Origin: an uncultured archaeon
Lineage (GTDB): Archaea; Asgardarchaeota; Lokiarchaeia; Sigyniarchaeales; SOKP01
DNA length: 64,000 bases
Assembly (NCBI GenBank): GCA_964486045.1
Contig: CAZALK010000018.1
Location: forward strand, 149 to 64,148
Direction of reading: 5' to 3'
The notes beneath the pieces were generated by a model. It saw nothing but the letters and a program-made list of their open reading frames with translations, was not told the DNA's origin and ran no database searches. Of this stretch, positions 41,662-50,594 are shown piece after piece (position 1 is the first letter of the stretch; the number at the start of each line of letters is the position of its first letter). Position numbers and translations under genes: made by a program.

Positions 41662-42747
41662 TTAATCTTCATTATTAGGAATTTTGGGTAATGTCCTTCT
41701 CCCTGTTGACTTGGAATTTACAGGATTTCCTTTTACGGACATAGTTTTGGGTTTTTCTGGCATCGGTTTCATTCCGGGTTTCTTTTTAGGTGCGGGTTTC
41801 CTTTTTGGGGCCGATTTTTTCCTAGGTACCGGTTTCTTTTTGGGTGCTGTTTTCTTAGCTGCTGATGTTTTTTTAACAGAAGCTGGTTTAGAATCCCGTT
41901 GATTTTCTAAAACTTCGATAGCTTCAACTGAGGAATTGTCTTCTCCAAAATATACTCTTAACACATGATTATTCAGTTCTATCATATCTTTTGGAACTTT
42001 TTTAACAGGTTCCCAATCAGTTTCTACAACATCTTCCCCAAAAATATTTGCTGTTTTTGATACTGCAGCATAAAGTGTATGACCTACAATTAAATTTAAT
42101 CTTTTACAATCAGGTGGGGCGTCATTCTTTAGAATTTTCTCCATTATTTCTTTTTTTCGTGATTCTGAAACTCCTTTTGAAGGATAAGATGCAGAACTTG
42201 ATGATTTTGGAATTGGACCCCTTGTTTTTGTTGCGGGTGCAGATGTGGGATATGAAGAAACTACTTTTTTACTGCTTGTATCTTGTAATGCGGGGGAATA
42301 ATATTTGACTTCTTTCTGAGATGTGGAAGGCTTTTTCACATCAGTAATCACAGCCCCTCCCCCTCCCATTCTCTCTTTTTCCGCATTTCTCACATATCGC
42401 ATATCTTCGAGTTTTTCGGTAACTTCCATTGATTCTAATCTAAAAACATTTAGAAATTCTAAAGGTTCATCTCCGGCATCTACCGAAACAATTTTGCAAC
42501 GATGAAATTTAGCATGATTCATTAACTCTTCTTGGATAGCTTGGGCAACTCTAGAACTGATAAATCTTTTTCGAACTGGAGATTTAGGACCCTTCCAAAT
42601 AAAGATCCTTCTTACTTCTTCATGCACTATTACAAGTACTTGTTCTGGGTGTAAATTGGCTTGAAGTTCTTCTTCTGGAATGAATATTCTTTCTTTTTCT
42701 CCTGAATCATCCAGTTCAAAAATCATAAAGGGTTCATAATCTGACAT
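41662..42747 (-). CDS. Gelsolin-domain protein with a second domain and a Lys/Pro-rich tail
   Basis: LHPEQVLVIV...IFIWKGPKS...RF...VDAGDEPLEFL is a gelsolin-repeat pattern. Confidence 0.8.
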   Translation of the reverse strand: MSDYEPFMIFELDDSGEKERIFIPEEELQANLHPEQVLVIVHEEVRRIFIWKGPKSPVRKRFISSRVAQAIQEELMNHAKFHRCKIVSVDAGDEPLEFLNVFRLESMEVTEKLEDMRYVRNAEKERMGGGGAVITDVKKPSTSQKEVKYYSPALQDTSSKKVVSSYPTSAPATKTRGPIPKSSSSASYPSKGVSESRKKEIMEKILKNDAPPDCKRLNLIVGHTLYAAVSKTANIFGEDVVETDWEPVKKVPKDMIELNNHVLRVYFGEDNSSVEAIEVLENQRDSKPASVKKTSAAKKTAPKKKPVPRKKSAPKRKPAPKKKPGMKPMPEKPKTMSVKGNPVNSKSTGRRTLPKIPNNED

Positions 42748-42905
42748 TTTTATCTAACAATAAAGAAATATGATTAATTTTCAAAATTCATTTGAATTTT
42801 CTTAAGTAACTTACTTATTTTATAGAAAATATAAAATTACGTTATTTTAAATTTTATTTTTCCGAAAGGTAAGAATATTACCAAAAAATAATAAAAGTAA
42901 AAATG

Positions 42906-43646
42906 TTAATGATCATGAAGTACATTATCTATTGATAAAACAAACCCTAGCAGAATACGCCTGTCAGTTTCATTATCAAGTATCCTCAAAGCATAAGTAT
43001 CTTTAAAGTCTAATAACCCTCCAAGAAAAACATCTCTCCATCTGTCTGCTTTTTCGATTTCAGCAACAATTTTTCCAGACATATCAGTTACCTTATAGGA
43101 CCACCCCATAAATTTACCTTGAGCCTCGAAGAAACGTTCTCCACTTGCTGACTCTAAAAAAAACTTTGGTCGGAAAACAGAGAGTATTTTTTTTTTAATT
43201 CTAGCAATCATATTTCCTTGAGGATCTTTTAGATCTTGGGCTCCACGGGCAGATACGATTTTTGAGTGGATAGTAGCCGATAATGTGCCATCAATTTCGA
43301 GTAATTCAACTCGACGACGAATACTTAAAATGACTCTTTTCATCTTTCCAATTATTTGATTATTTTCATCAAGAATCTCGCCGGAACCCCAGTCCCAATA
43401 TTTTAAAGGAATAAGATCAACGATATCTTATTTTTCCTTAAGGATAAAGTAGTTACGGCTGATGTCGAATAACCCACCAGGGCGATCATAGGATTGAAAG
43501 CCCATCGTCATTGGTGAAATGCTTGTTGTTGGGTAAACGACCTCTTCACTCTGTTTCACACTGGAAGGGATCGATGCACCACACTTCTCACAAAATCTCT
43601 GCTGTTCTGTCAAAATTTCAACTCCACAATTAGGACAATATTTCAT
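42906..43646 (-). CDS. Zinc-ribbon plus LURP-one/scramblase (Tubby C-like) protein, 236 aa after removal of a 30-nt intron
   Basis: ORFs 43428..43646 and 42906..43343 are in one frame, separated by a single TAA inside the insert. The spliced form reads YFILKEKYWDWGSGEILDEN; downstream motifs include VAEIEK...DTYAL.I...D. Confidence 0.8.
43404..43433 (-). other. Candidate BHB (tRNA-endonuclease-type) intron in mRNA
   Basis: UU-AAGG-AA^A-AAUAAGAU-(AUCGUUG)-AUCUUAUU-CCUU-UA^A-AA: a 4-bp central helix, two 3-nt bulges and an 8-bp inner helix. Confidence 0.75.
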
Positions 43647-43845
43647 TTTTTTCCCTCTTTAAATTCAATTATATTTACAGTTTAAATGGTAATATTTTCT
43701 TTTAAATTTTACATTTTTAGCACAATTTCTCTCTTTTAATTCTTATTTGCAGGTTTTAATTTAGGAAAATTAAATCTCAAAAAACTTATGTCAGTAATCT
43801 TTTCAAAACGTTTTAATTGAATAAGGATTAAATTATATCTATCAT

Positions 43846-44610
43846 ATGCCAAACACTAGTATTCCCAAAATCCTAAAGTTAAAAGATTATATAACCCTTA
43901 TTGGGACTACTCTAGGGATTATTGCTTTAGTCTGTGCTACATTTGGAACTCGAGAATTTATTTCATTGGGATTTTTTTTAATTTCCATTACTTTAGGAAC
44001 AGATTTGATAGACGGTTATATTGCCCGTAAAACAAAAACCGTCAATAATATGGGGAAGGAATTGGATTCTTTAAGCGATTCATTAACATTTGGCATTACT
44101 CCTGCAATCTTGGCATTTCAAGCATTTAAAACTGAAACTATTTTTGACATAATAATTATAATAAGCTCTATTTGTTTTGCTTTTGGTGCTATTCTCAGAT
44201 TAGCGCGATTTAATATAACTGAAGATTCTGGATATACAGGACTTCCTACACCTATTAGTGCTCTAATGTTAATTACTTATTTTTATACCAACTATTTTTA
44301 CGCATATGGGATGGGAGGTAATACTTATCCAATACCATTGTTAGCATCTTATTTAATTCCTGTTTTTATGATTTTAATCGCTTGGTTTAATATAACAACA
44401 TTTATCAGATTTAGTGAGAAGGATAAAATAGTTTATATCGTTTTCATTGCTATCGCTCCATTATGTCCAATTTTTGGTATAATCGGTATATTAAACCCTA
44501 ATTTCTTCCTTTCTATGGCAATATCAATATTTTTTTTAACCTCTTTCATACTCGCATTGATACTTATTGTTAGAGGTTTCTTCCTTTATTTTAATAGGAA
44601 AAAGAATTGA
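43846..44610 (+). CDS. CDP-alcohol phosphatidyltransferase (archaetidylserine synthase/PssA-like)
   Basis: DLIDGYIAR...GKELDSLSD..TFG..P, LRLARFN and GLPTP motifs. Confidence 0.85.
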   Translation: MPNTSIPKILKLKDYITLIGTTLGIIALVCATFGTREFISLGFFLISITLGTDLIDGYIARKTKTVNNMGKELDSLSDSLTFGITPAILAFQAFKTETIFDIIIIISSICFAFGAILRLARFNITEDSGYTGLPTPISALMLITYFYTNYFYAYGMGGNTYPIPLLASYLIPVFMILIAWFNITTFIRFSEKDKIVYIVFIAIAPLCPIFGIIGILNPNFFLSMAISIFFLTSFILALILIVRGFFLYFNRKKN

Positions 44611-44643
44611 TCTTATTTATAGAATAACATTACGCAGAATTCC

Positions 44644-46632
44644 CTAAGCGAATTTATTCTTCCAGCTCTCAATATTCTCTATGATCTGTTTTGAATCAAT
44701 TTCTTCAAGTAAAAGGTCATTAAATCTATATTGATTTATTAAACTCCTTAATTTGTGTAAAGTTACGGAAAAACCTCTTTTTTCAAGAACAAGATCCGCA
44801 ATCTTTTGCAATTCGGCACTAAATTCCTCCCCTTTTAAGTTCGGTAATTTTTGAACTAAATTATCAAAGGCAGAATTGATCAGTTTGCCTGTTTCATCTC
44901 CTCTCTTTACAGTTTTTTTAGGTTTTGAAGCAGGTTTAGAAGCAAACTTTATTTTTTCTTGTAATTTTTTCTTAATCTCAGTAATTTGATCTTTTTCTCT
45001 TTGCCTCATAGGCGTTGCTTGAGAAATCTTTTCAGAAGATGGTATTTCTGCTTGCTTGACAATTCTAGATTTTTGCGGAGCAGTAGACTTTGGATCTTTA
45101 GGGCTTGTAATGGGCTTTATTTTCTTAAAAATCTCATTTTTGGCTTCCTTGATTGATTTTGATAGAATTTTTGAAGATTTAGCCTTTTGGGAGGCATAGA
45201 ATGTATCTGAATAAGCCTCTTCCCATATATTATTTATTAATGGATCAATTACCTCAATTAATGGTTTAAAATTAACTCCTACTCCGATAAAGTCATTTAA
45301 CTGGTTTTTTATGTCTCTTTGGATTATACCAATAGTTATGAGATTATTATCCTCCTTAATCGCGATTAAATTCTCGTTTTCTAGGGTTTTATATTCAATA
45401 TTGGTTAAAGAACTGAACTTTTTAACAATGCTATTGGTATGTGGTTCTGAAGCGATAATTTTGATTTTTAAACTTCTAGGAATTTTTTCAAACTGTTCAA
45501 TTGCTAAATGATTTTCTATGTGAGGTACTACAATTATTAGATCATCTTTCGATGTAGCAATAGATTTTTGAATTTCTTCATTAATTTTTATAAGGCTACT
45601 AACGGTCCAAATATTAACGATTTGTGTTTTATCTGAAGTACTCATTTCTTGATAATACGCTTTCATAAGATTTTCAACAGGCTTATTCAACTGTGAGACT
45701 TCCTCAATAGAGCTTTGAATTACAGCATTTATATTCTCTAAAACCTTATTTTCTAGGCTTCCCATCTCTTTAGATAATGAGTTGTTATTTTTTTTAAGCA
45801 TCTCATTAATTATATTCATTTTATTTTCAAAATTACTTAACATGTTAAGTAAAATCATTTTAAAGTCATCTCGATGTTGGAATGTAGTGTTTATTAAGTT
45901 TACTATCGGTTTCGTAGCTTTTTCGAACTCATGTTCAATTGTTTCGTAGAGTTTACTAGAAAACTGTTTTATTAATATCTCTGATTTCTCTTTAAAGATT
46001 TTATCGACGATAGATAAAATTTCTTCCTTATGTTTTTTGAATTCTAATGAATTAATTTGATTAATTATTTCTGACTTAATACTTAAAATCTGCTTCATGA
46101 AATGAGTAAATTGTGTTTGTGTCTGTGTTTTTATGAGTTGGCTTAATTCAAATATTTCTGTGTTAATGCTCTTTAATTCTTCCATTCCTTCGACAATGTC
46201 TTCTATTTCTTGTTTTTGTATAATAATATCTTCTTCGATATCGTTCCTCATGTCATGAAATTTCTCAAGAATGGTATCCAATTGAATTCCTTCATTCTGT
46301 TGGAAAATTTGATTTATAGTGTTAACTATTAGATCTTTAATCGAATCTTTTATTCCATTTAGGTTCGCATTAATATTTTCATAATAATTTACTATTGGAA
46401 GAATAGGTGGAATTGCATAATAATGTAATAAAATTTCTTTATTTTTTGGAATTAATTGAATCAACAAACCTCCGTTCATTAATTGACTTAAATTTTCATC
46501 AAATTCATCTAAAGACGTTTTTGAAACAATTGAATACAATTCATGATAAGTAAGTGGGGATTTCCCTATTATTTTTAAATAAATCTCAATAGCGTTATTC
46601 GAAAGTTGTAATTTTTTTAAAAAATCTTCCAT
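44644..46632 (-). CDS. TrmB-like HTH, long coiled coil and PLD-like domain protein
   Basis: N-terminal LSNNAIEIY..L...GLL...Y.AIPP (TrmB HTH pattern), long helical region, and a domain similar to the C-terminus of 6877..7689. Confidence 0.55.
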   Translation of the reverse strand: MEDFLKKLQLSNNAIEIYLKIIGKSPLTYHELYSIVSKTSLDEFDENLSQLMNGGLLIQLIPKNKEILLHYYAIPPILPIVNYYENINANLNGIKDSIKDLIVNTINQIFQQNEGIQLDTILEKFHDMRNDIEEDIIIQKQEIEDIVEGMEELKSINTEIFELSQLIKTQTQTQFTHFMKQILSIKSEIINQINSLEFKKHKEEILSIVDKIFKEKSEILIKQFSSKLYETIEHEFEKATKPIVNLINTTFQHRDDFKMILLNMLSNFENKMNIINEMLKKNNNSLSKEMGSLENKVLENINAVIQSSIEEVSQLNKPVENLMKAYYQEMSTSDKTQIVNIWTVSSLIKINEEIQKSIATSKDDLIIVVPHIENHLAIEQFEKIPRSLKIKIIASEPHTNSIVKKFSSLTNIEYKTLENENLIAIKEDNNLITIGIIQRDIKNQLNDFIGVGVNFKPLIEVIDPLINNIWEEAYSDTFYASQKAKSSKILSKSIKEAKNEIFKKIKPITSPKDPKSTAPQKSRIVKQAEIPSSEKISQATPMRQREKDQITEIKKKLQEKIKFASKPASKPKKTVKRGDETGKLINSAFDNLVQKLPNLKGEEFSAELQKIADLVLEKRGFSVTLHKLRSLINQYRFNDLLLEEIDSKQIIENIESWKNKFA

Positions 46633-46804
46633 CTTTAAGTCACATACTTCTTTCTCATAATTTTGTGAACTTTATATAAATTTTATAAACATTTTGACTT
46701 TTTAATTGTATTTATTTTTCATCTTTACTAAAAAATATAAGGATATTCTAACATTATGATAAGTAATAAATTTAAAGATCTCTGCTGATTTTTTATAAGT
46801 AAAT

Positions 46805-48178
46805 GTGAATACTATGAAGGAAGATGTCTACTTTTACTTGGATTTAACAAAGGATCTTCTGAAAAAAAAAGAATTGGTTAAAGTCATTAAATACTATATT
46901 GATGAGAAAAATAAAGCAAACATAAATGGTCGATATTCTCTCCTTATCTTCCAAGAAGAGGGTAACCCAATTTTTATCACTGATAAAAAGGATTCAGGCA
47001 TAATCGCAAAATCACTTGACGAAAATTGGAAATTTAGACCAAAAAAACAGAGTTTCTTTGAAAATGGCTTATTTTATATCTTTTCTTACATAGCCGAAAC
47101 TGTTAGAAAAAAATCCAAATTTAATCGAATAATAATTATAACAGATACCCCATCTGATTTATCTGAAGGCTATCAGGAAGCATTGTTTAATCTCGTCTCT
47201 AAAATAAAAAATTTTCCTACCTTTATTGATGTTATCAGGATTTCTGATAGCAATGAACGATTCTTTAGTGATGATGTAAAATTGAATATGTTAGCTAGTG
47301 ATACTAAGGGAGGTATATTTTATCTTAAAGACAAAAAAGAACTTAGCGATGTGATTAAAAAATTAGTGAAAACTAAGCAATTTACAAGCACATTTGTAAA
47401 CCAACCAGATCGTATTAAGATTACTAAAGAAGATTATGCATTTTATAATCAATTAGCAAAATCATTAAAAAAATCAGAGGTATCAATGGAAAAATTGATT
47501 TGTCATATATGCAAGGAGGAAGTATGTCCATTATGCACTGATGTATACGACATTCCTCTATTTTGTGAAGATTGCAATTCTAATTTTCACAATTGCTGTA
47601 TTACTAATCACACTATTAATCATAACATTGGAATTCCTAATATTTTACGCTGCCCTGGACCCTCGTGCGATGTACTTCTTAAAATAGATGAAGATGAAAT
47701 TATTGAAGTATCAGGTGAAGTGGAAGTGAAAAGTGTAAAAGAATTTATGGCTAAAGAAGTTTTTCATGAAATCCCTAAAACACTTCCTGAAGTATCAACA
47801 TTGCCACCATCATCTTCTAATGTTGGTTTAGTAAAGACATCTAAAACAGAATTAAGATCAGCTAGTACTAGTGACTCAATCGAGGGGGTACCGGTAAAAA
47901 CTATTCATATTGGCGGATTTTTTGGTAAATCTTATACAGTTAAGAAGGTTGGTGATAAAATAGTGTATGAAAGAATAACTAATAAAGCAACTTTTACCCC
48001 AGATACGACGACAGAGTGAAATGAGAACAATAAGATTCCCGTATCTAATACTGCCAATTATCTGAAAGCTGACCAAACGAGAAAAAAAGAAATAAGTCTT
48101 GTCATATGTCAACAATGTGGAAGTCAAATAGATCCAAAACAATAGATAAAATGCCCAACTTGTGGACACCAAATCTAG
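46805..48178 (+). CDS. vWA plus PHD/RING-like finger protein, paralog 1; ORF stops at 48019 and the C-terminal zinc ribbon lies beyond in-frame stops
   Basis: vWA-like IIIITD/IDVIRI; C4HC3-like cluster; the reading continues in frame past TGA 48017 and TAG 48143 to CQQCG...CPTCG. Confidence 0.7.
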
Positions 48179-48350
48179 ATATTACAATAAATTCAAGAGT
48201 TAGCAGCTTCTTTTCAAGTAAATCCTCAAAAAAAAATCATCTACGTATGTTTATTTATAAATAGAAGATTATGAAATAATAAATAAAAATAAATAATACT
48301 TCTACCATTATTTTTTTATAATTTACCGATATTTCTAAAATAGCAATTCA

Positions 48351-49688
48351 TTGATTTTGATGCTACCTAAAATATTATCCGAAGAGTTTATTTTTTATAT
48401 TGATTTAAGCACAAACTTTCTTAAAAAAAAATCAGTGATGAAAGCTATTGGTTCATTCATCAAAGAAAAGAACAAATCAAATGCTTTAAGTTCTTATGGT
48501 GTTGTATTTTTTCAAAAGGATGAAAATCCCGTAAATGAATATAATTTAAAAGATTCCGAATCTATTTTAAACATTATTGATCAAGCTTGGGAAAAAAGAG
48601 AAATTGAGAAGAGTTATTTAGAGAATGGTCTTTATGAAATTCTAGCTTATATTTTTAGAACCAGTAGAAAAGTTAGAAAGAATTATCGTGTAATAATTGT
48701 GTCTGATACCCCTAGTAAATTATCAGAAGATTATTATAACGCCCTTTATGATTTATTACTTAAAGCCAAGAAGTTTTCAACATTCATTGATATAATAAGA
48801 GTGGGAGATGAGCAGTTTTATGAAGATGACGTAAAACTAAAAGTTATTTCTTCGGAGACTTTCGGGGGGATGTTATACTGCCAAAATGAGAAGCTCTTAC
48901 AAAATATTTTAGGGTCATTAATTCAAAATAAGAGTGAATTTAAAGTTTTAAAAAGAGATGAAACAGATACTATTCTTCCTGAAGATAAAACGTTTTATGA
49001 ACGTTTGGCAGTCGATCTTATCTCCCTTTCTGCCGATGAAGAAGAGATATGTACAATCTGTGAACAGGAATTATGCCCAATATGTGAGGCTCATTCTGAT
49101 GAAGTCCATAAATGTTTTAATTGCAACGCAAAATTCCATAGTTGTTGTGGAGCTAGATATTCACTTGCTAAGAACATTGGGTTTAAACATCTATTTAGAT
49201 GTCCACAGTGCGAGACTTTATTAAAACTTGATGAAGAATATGTAGAGATGATATATAGAGAAGACCTCGAAGAAGAATTACCTGCAATTGATGAAGTTGA
49301 AATCGTTAATGAAGAAGCTCAAGTAGAAGTTAGCACCGAAGAGGATCTACCTATCGAGGAACCAGAAATGGAACAAGAAATTGATAAAGAAGTTGAAGTA
49401 GCGAATTCTGAAGTTCCAGAATCTCCCCCACCATCTGAAGGAACCAAAAAAGTCAAGGTTGGCGGATTTTTTGGAAAGGAAATTGAAATTAAACTAAAAA
49501 ATAGTTCCTCCACTACTCCTATAAAGGAAATGTCTGAGCCAGAAGCAGCACCAGAAAAAACTGCCTCTATAACTACACTAAAGCCCCCACGAAAAAAGAG
49601 AGTGAGCACAATAAGATTATGTCAAATTTGTGGTACTACATTACAAAGTGCTAAGAATTGCCCCAAGTGTGGAGCTAAAGTAGATTAG
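48351..49688 (+). CDS. vWA, PHD/RING-like finger, acidic linker and zinc-ribbon protein, paralog 2
   Basis: Colinear with paralog 1 (ENGL, DTPS, DDVKL, GGFFGK); CFNC...FHSCC...CPQC; C-terminal CQICG..CPKCG. Confidence 0.75.
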   Translation: MILMLPKILSEEFIFYIDLSTNFLKKKSVMKAIGSFIKEKNKSNALSSYGVVFFQKDENPVNEYNLKDSESILNIIDQAWEKREIEKSYLENGLYEILAYIFRTSRKVRKNYRVIIVSDTPSKLSEDYYNALYDLLLKAKKFSTFIDIIRVGDEQFYEDDVKLKVISSETFGGMLYCQNEKLLQNILGSLIQNKSEFKVLKRDETDTILPEDKTFYERLAVDLISLSADEEEICTICEQELCPICEAHSDEVHKCFNCNAKFHSCCGARYSLAKNIGFKHLFRCPQCETLLKLDEEYVEMIYREDLEEELPAIDEVEIVNEEAQVEVSTEEDLPIEEPEMEQEIDKEVEVANSEVPESPPPSEGTKKVKVGGFFGKEIEIKLKNSSSTTPIKEMSEPEAAPEKTASITTLKPPRKKRVSTIRLCQICGTTLQSAKNCPKCGAKVD

Positions 49689-49771
49689 TGAAAGTCTCCA
49701 ATAAAATTTTTCCCTGAAACATTTGTTTCTTATTCTAATTATATAAGATATATACTTAGCATGGTGAAATA

Positions 49772-50551
49772 ATGGACCTAATAATTCGAAATATGACCAA
49801 AGATGATGAATATTATGTTAGTACATGTAATCATATGAATGAAAATAATGAAGAAATTGAAATGTCTGCTCTTCGTCGAATAACTTGGCTTAAACGCATG
49901 GAATAACATGGTTTGAGAACAAAAGTAGTTTTATTAGGAAATATTCAAGTAGGATTCATATATGTTATGCCTATTGAAATAAAGCCATGGGGTATCCAAG
50001 GGAATGATTTAATGTTTTTTCCGTGCTTAGTTTCGCGACCCAAGTTTTCTCTGAAAGGTATAGGAAAAAGATTAATCAAAGCGGCAGAAGAAGAAACATT
50101 AAAGCAACAGCGTAAATGTCTTGTTACAATTGGTTGTTTTTGGGATTTTTAGTTAATGCTCGCCTAATATTTCGTCAAACTCGGGTATGAAATAGCAGCG
50201 AAAAAAGGTGTAGAAGCAATTCTTTGGAAACTATTTAACTCTAGTGCTGATCCTCCTCAATTTAGAGAAATAAACTATAGATATCAACCAGTACAAGGGA
50301 AAGTTGTTGTAAACCTATTTTGGAATACTTTCTGCCAAACAAGTAATGTAGAAGCCCAAAGAGTAAGAGATGTAGTTTCAGAATTTGAAGATAATGTTAT
50401 ATTCAATGCTATTTCTGCTGACATTCCATCGAATTTACAAAAATTTGGTCTATCTAGGAGAATCTATATCAATGGTAAATTAATCAAAGTAGGACCGGAG
50501 ATTGAAAAAGAGAAGTTGAGACAAGAGATTAAAAAAGCAAAAATTAAATAG
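49772..50551 (+). pseudogene. GNAT acetyltransferase plus thioredoxin-like/YoaP-type domain pseudogene
   Basis: A 260-codon frame with stops at 49904 (TAA), 50150 (TAG) and 50165 (TAA); contains the GNAT motif KGIGKRLIKAAE. Confidence 0.85.
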
Positions 50552-50594
50552 GTTTGGATTAGACAATTAAAAATAAATTGGTTGATTAAACCAA

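Noticed and set aside
41760-41880. Histone H1-like gene
   Set aside because: The Lys/Pro/Ala repeats are a low-complexity tail within the gelsolin ORF.
48001-48064. BHB intron or selenocysteine codon at TGA 48017
   Set aside because: No 4-bp helix with two 3-nt bulges could be built, the TGA is in a linker rather than at a Cys position, and a second stop (TAG) follows.
49772-50551. Alternative genetic code
   Set aside because: TAA, TAG and TGA all terminate conserved genes normally elsewhere in the window.
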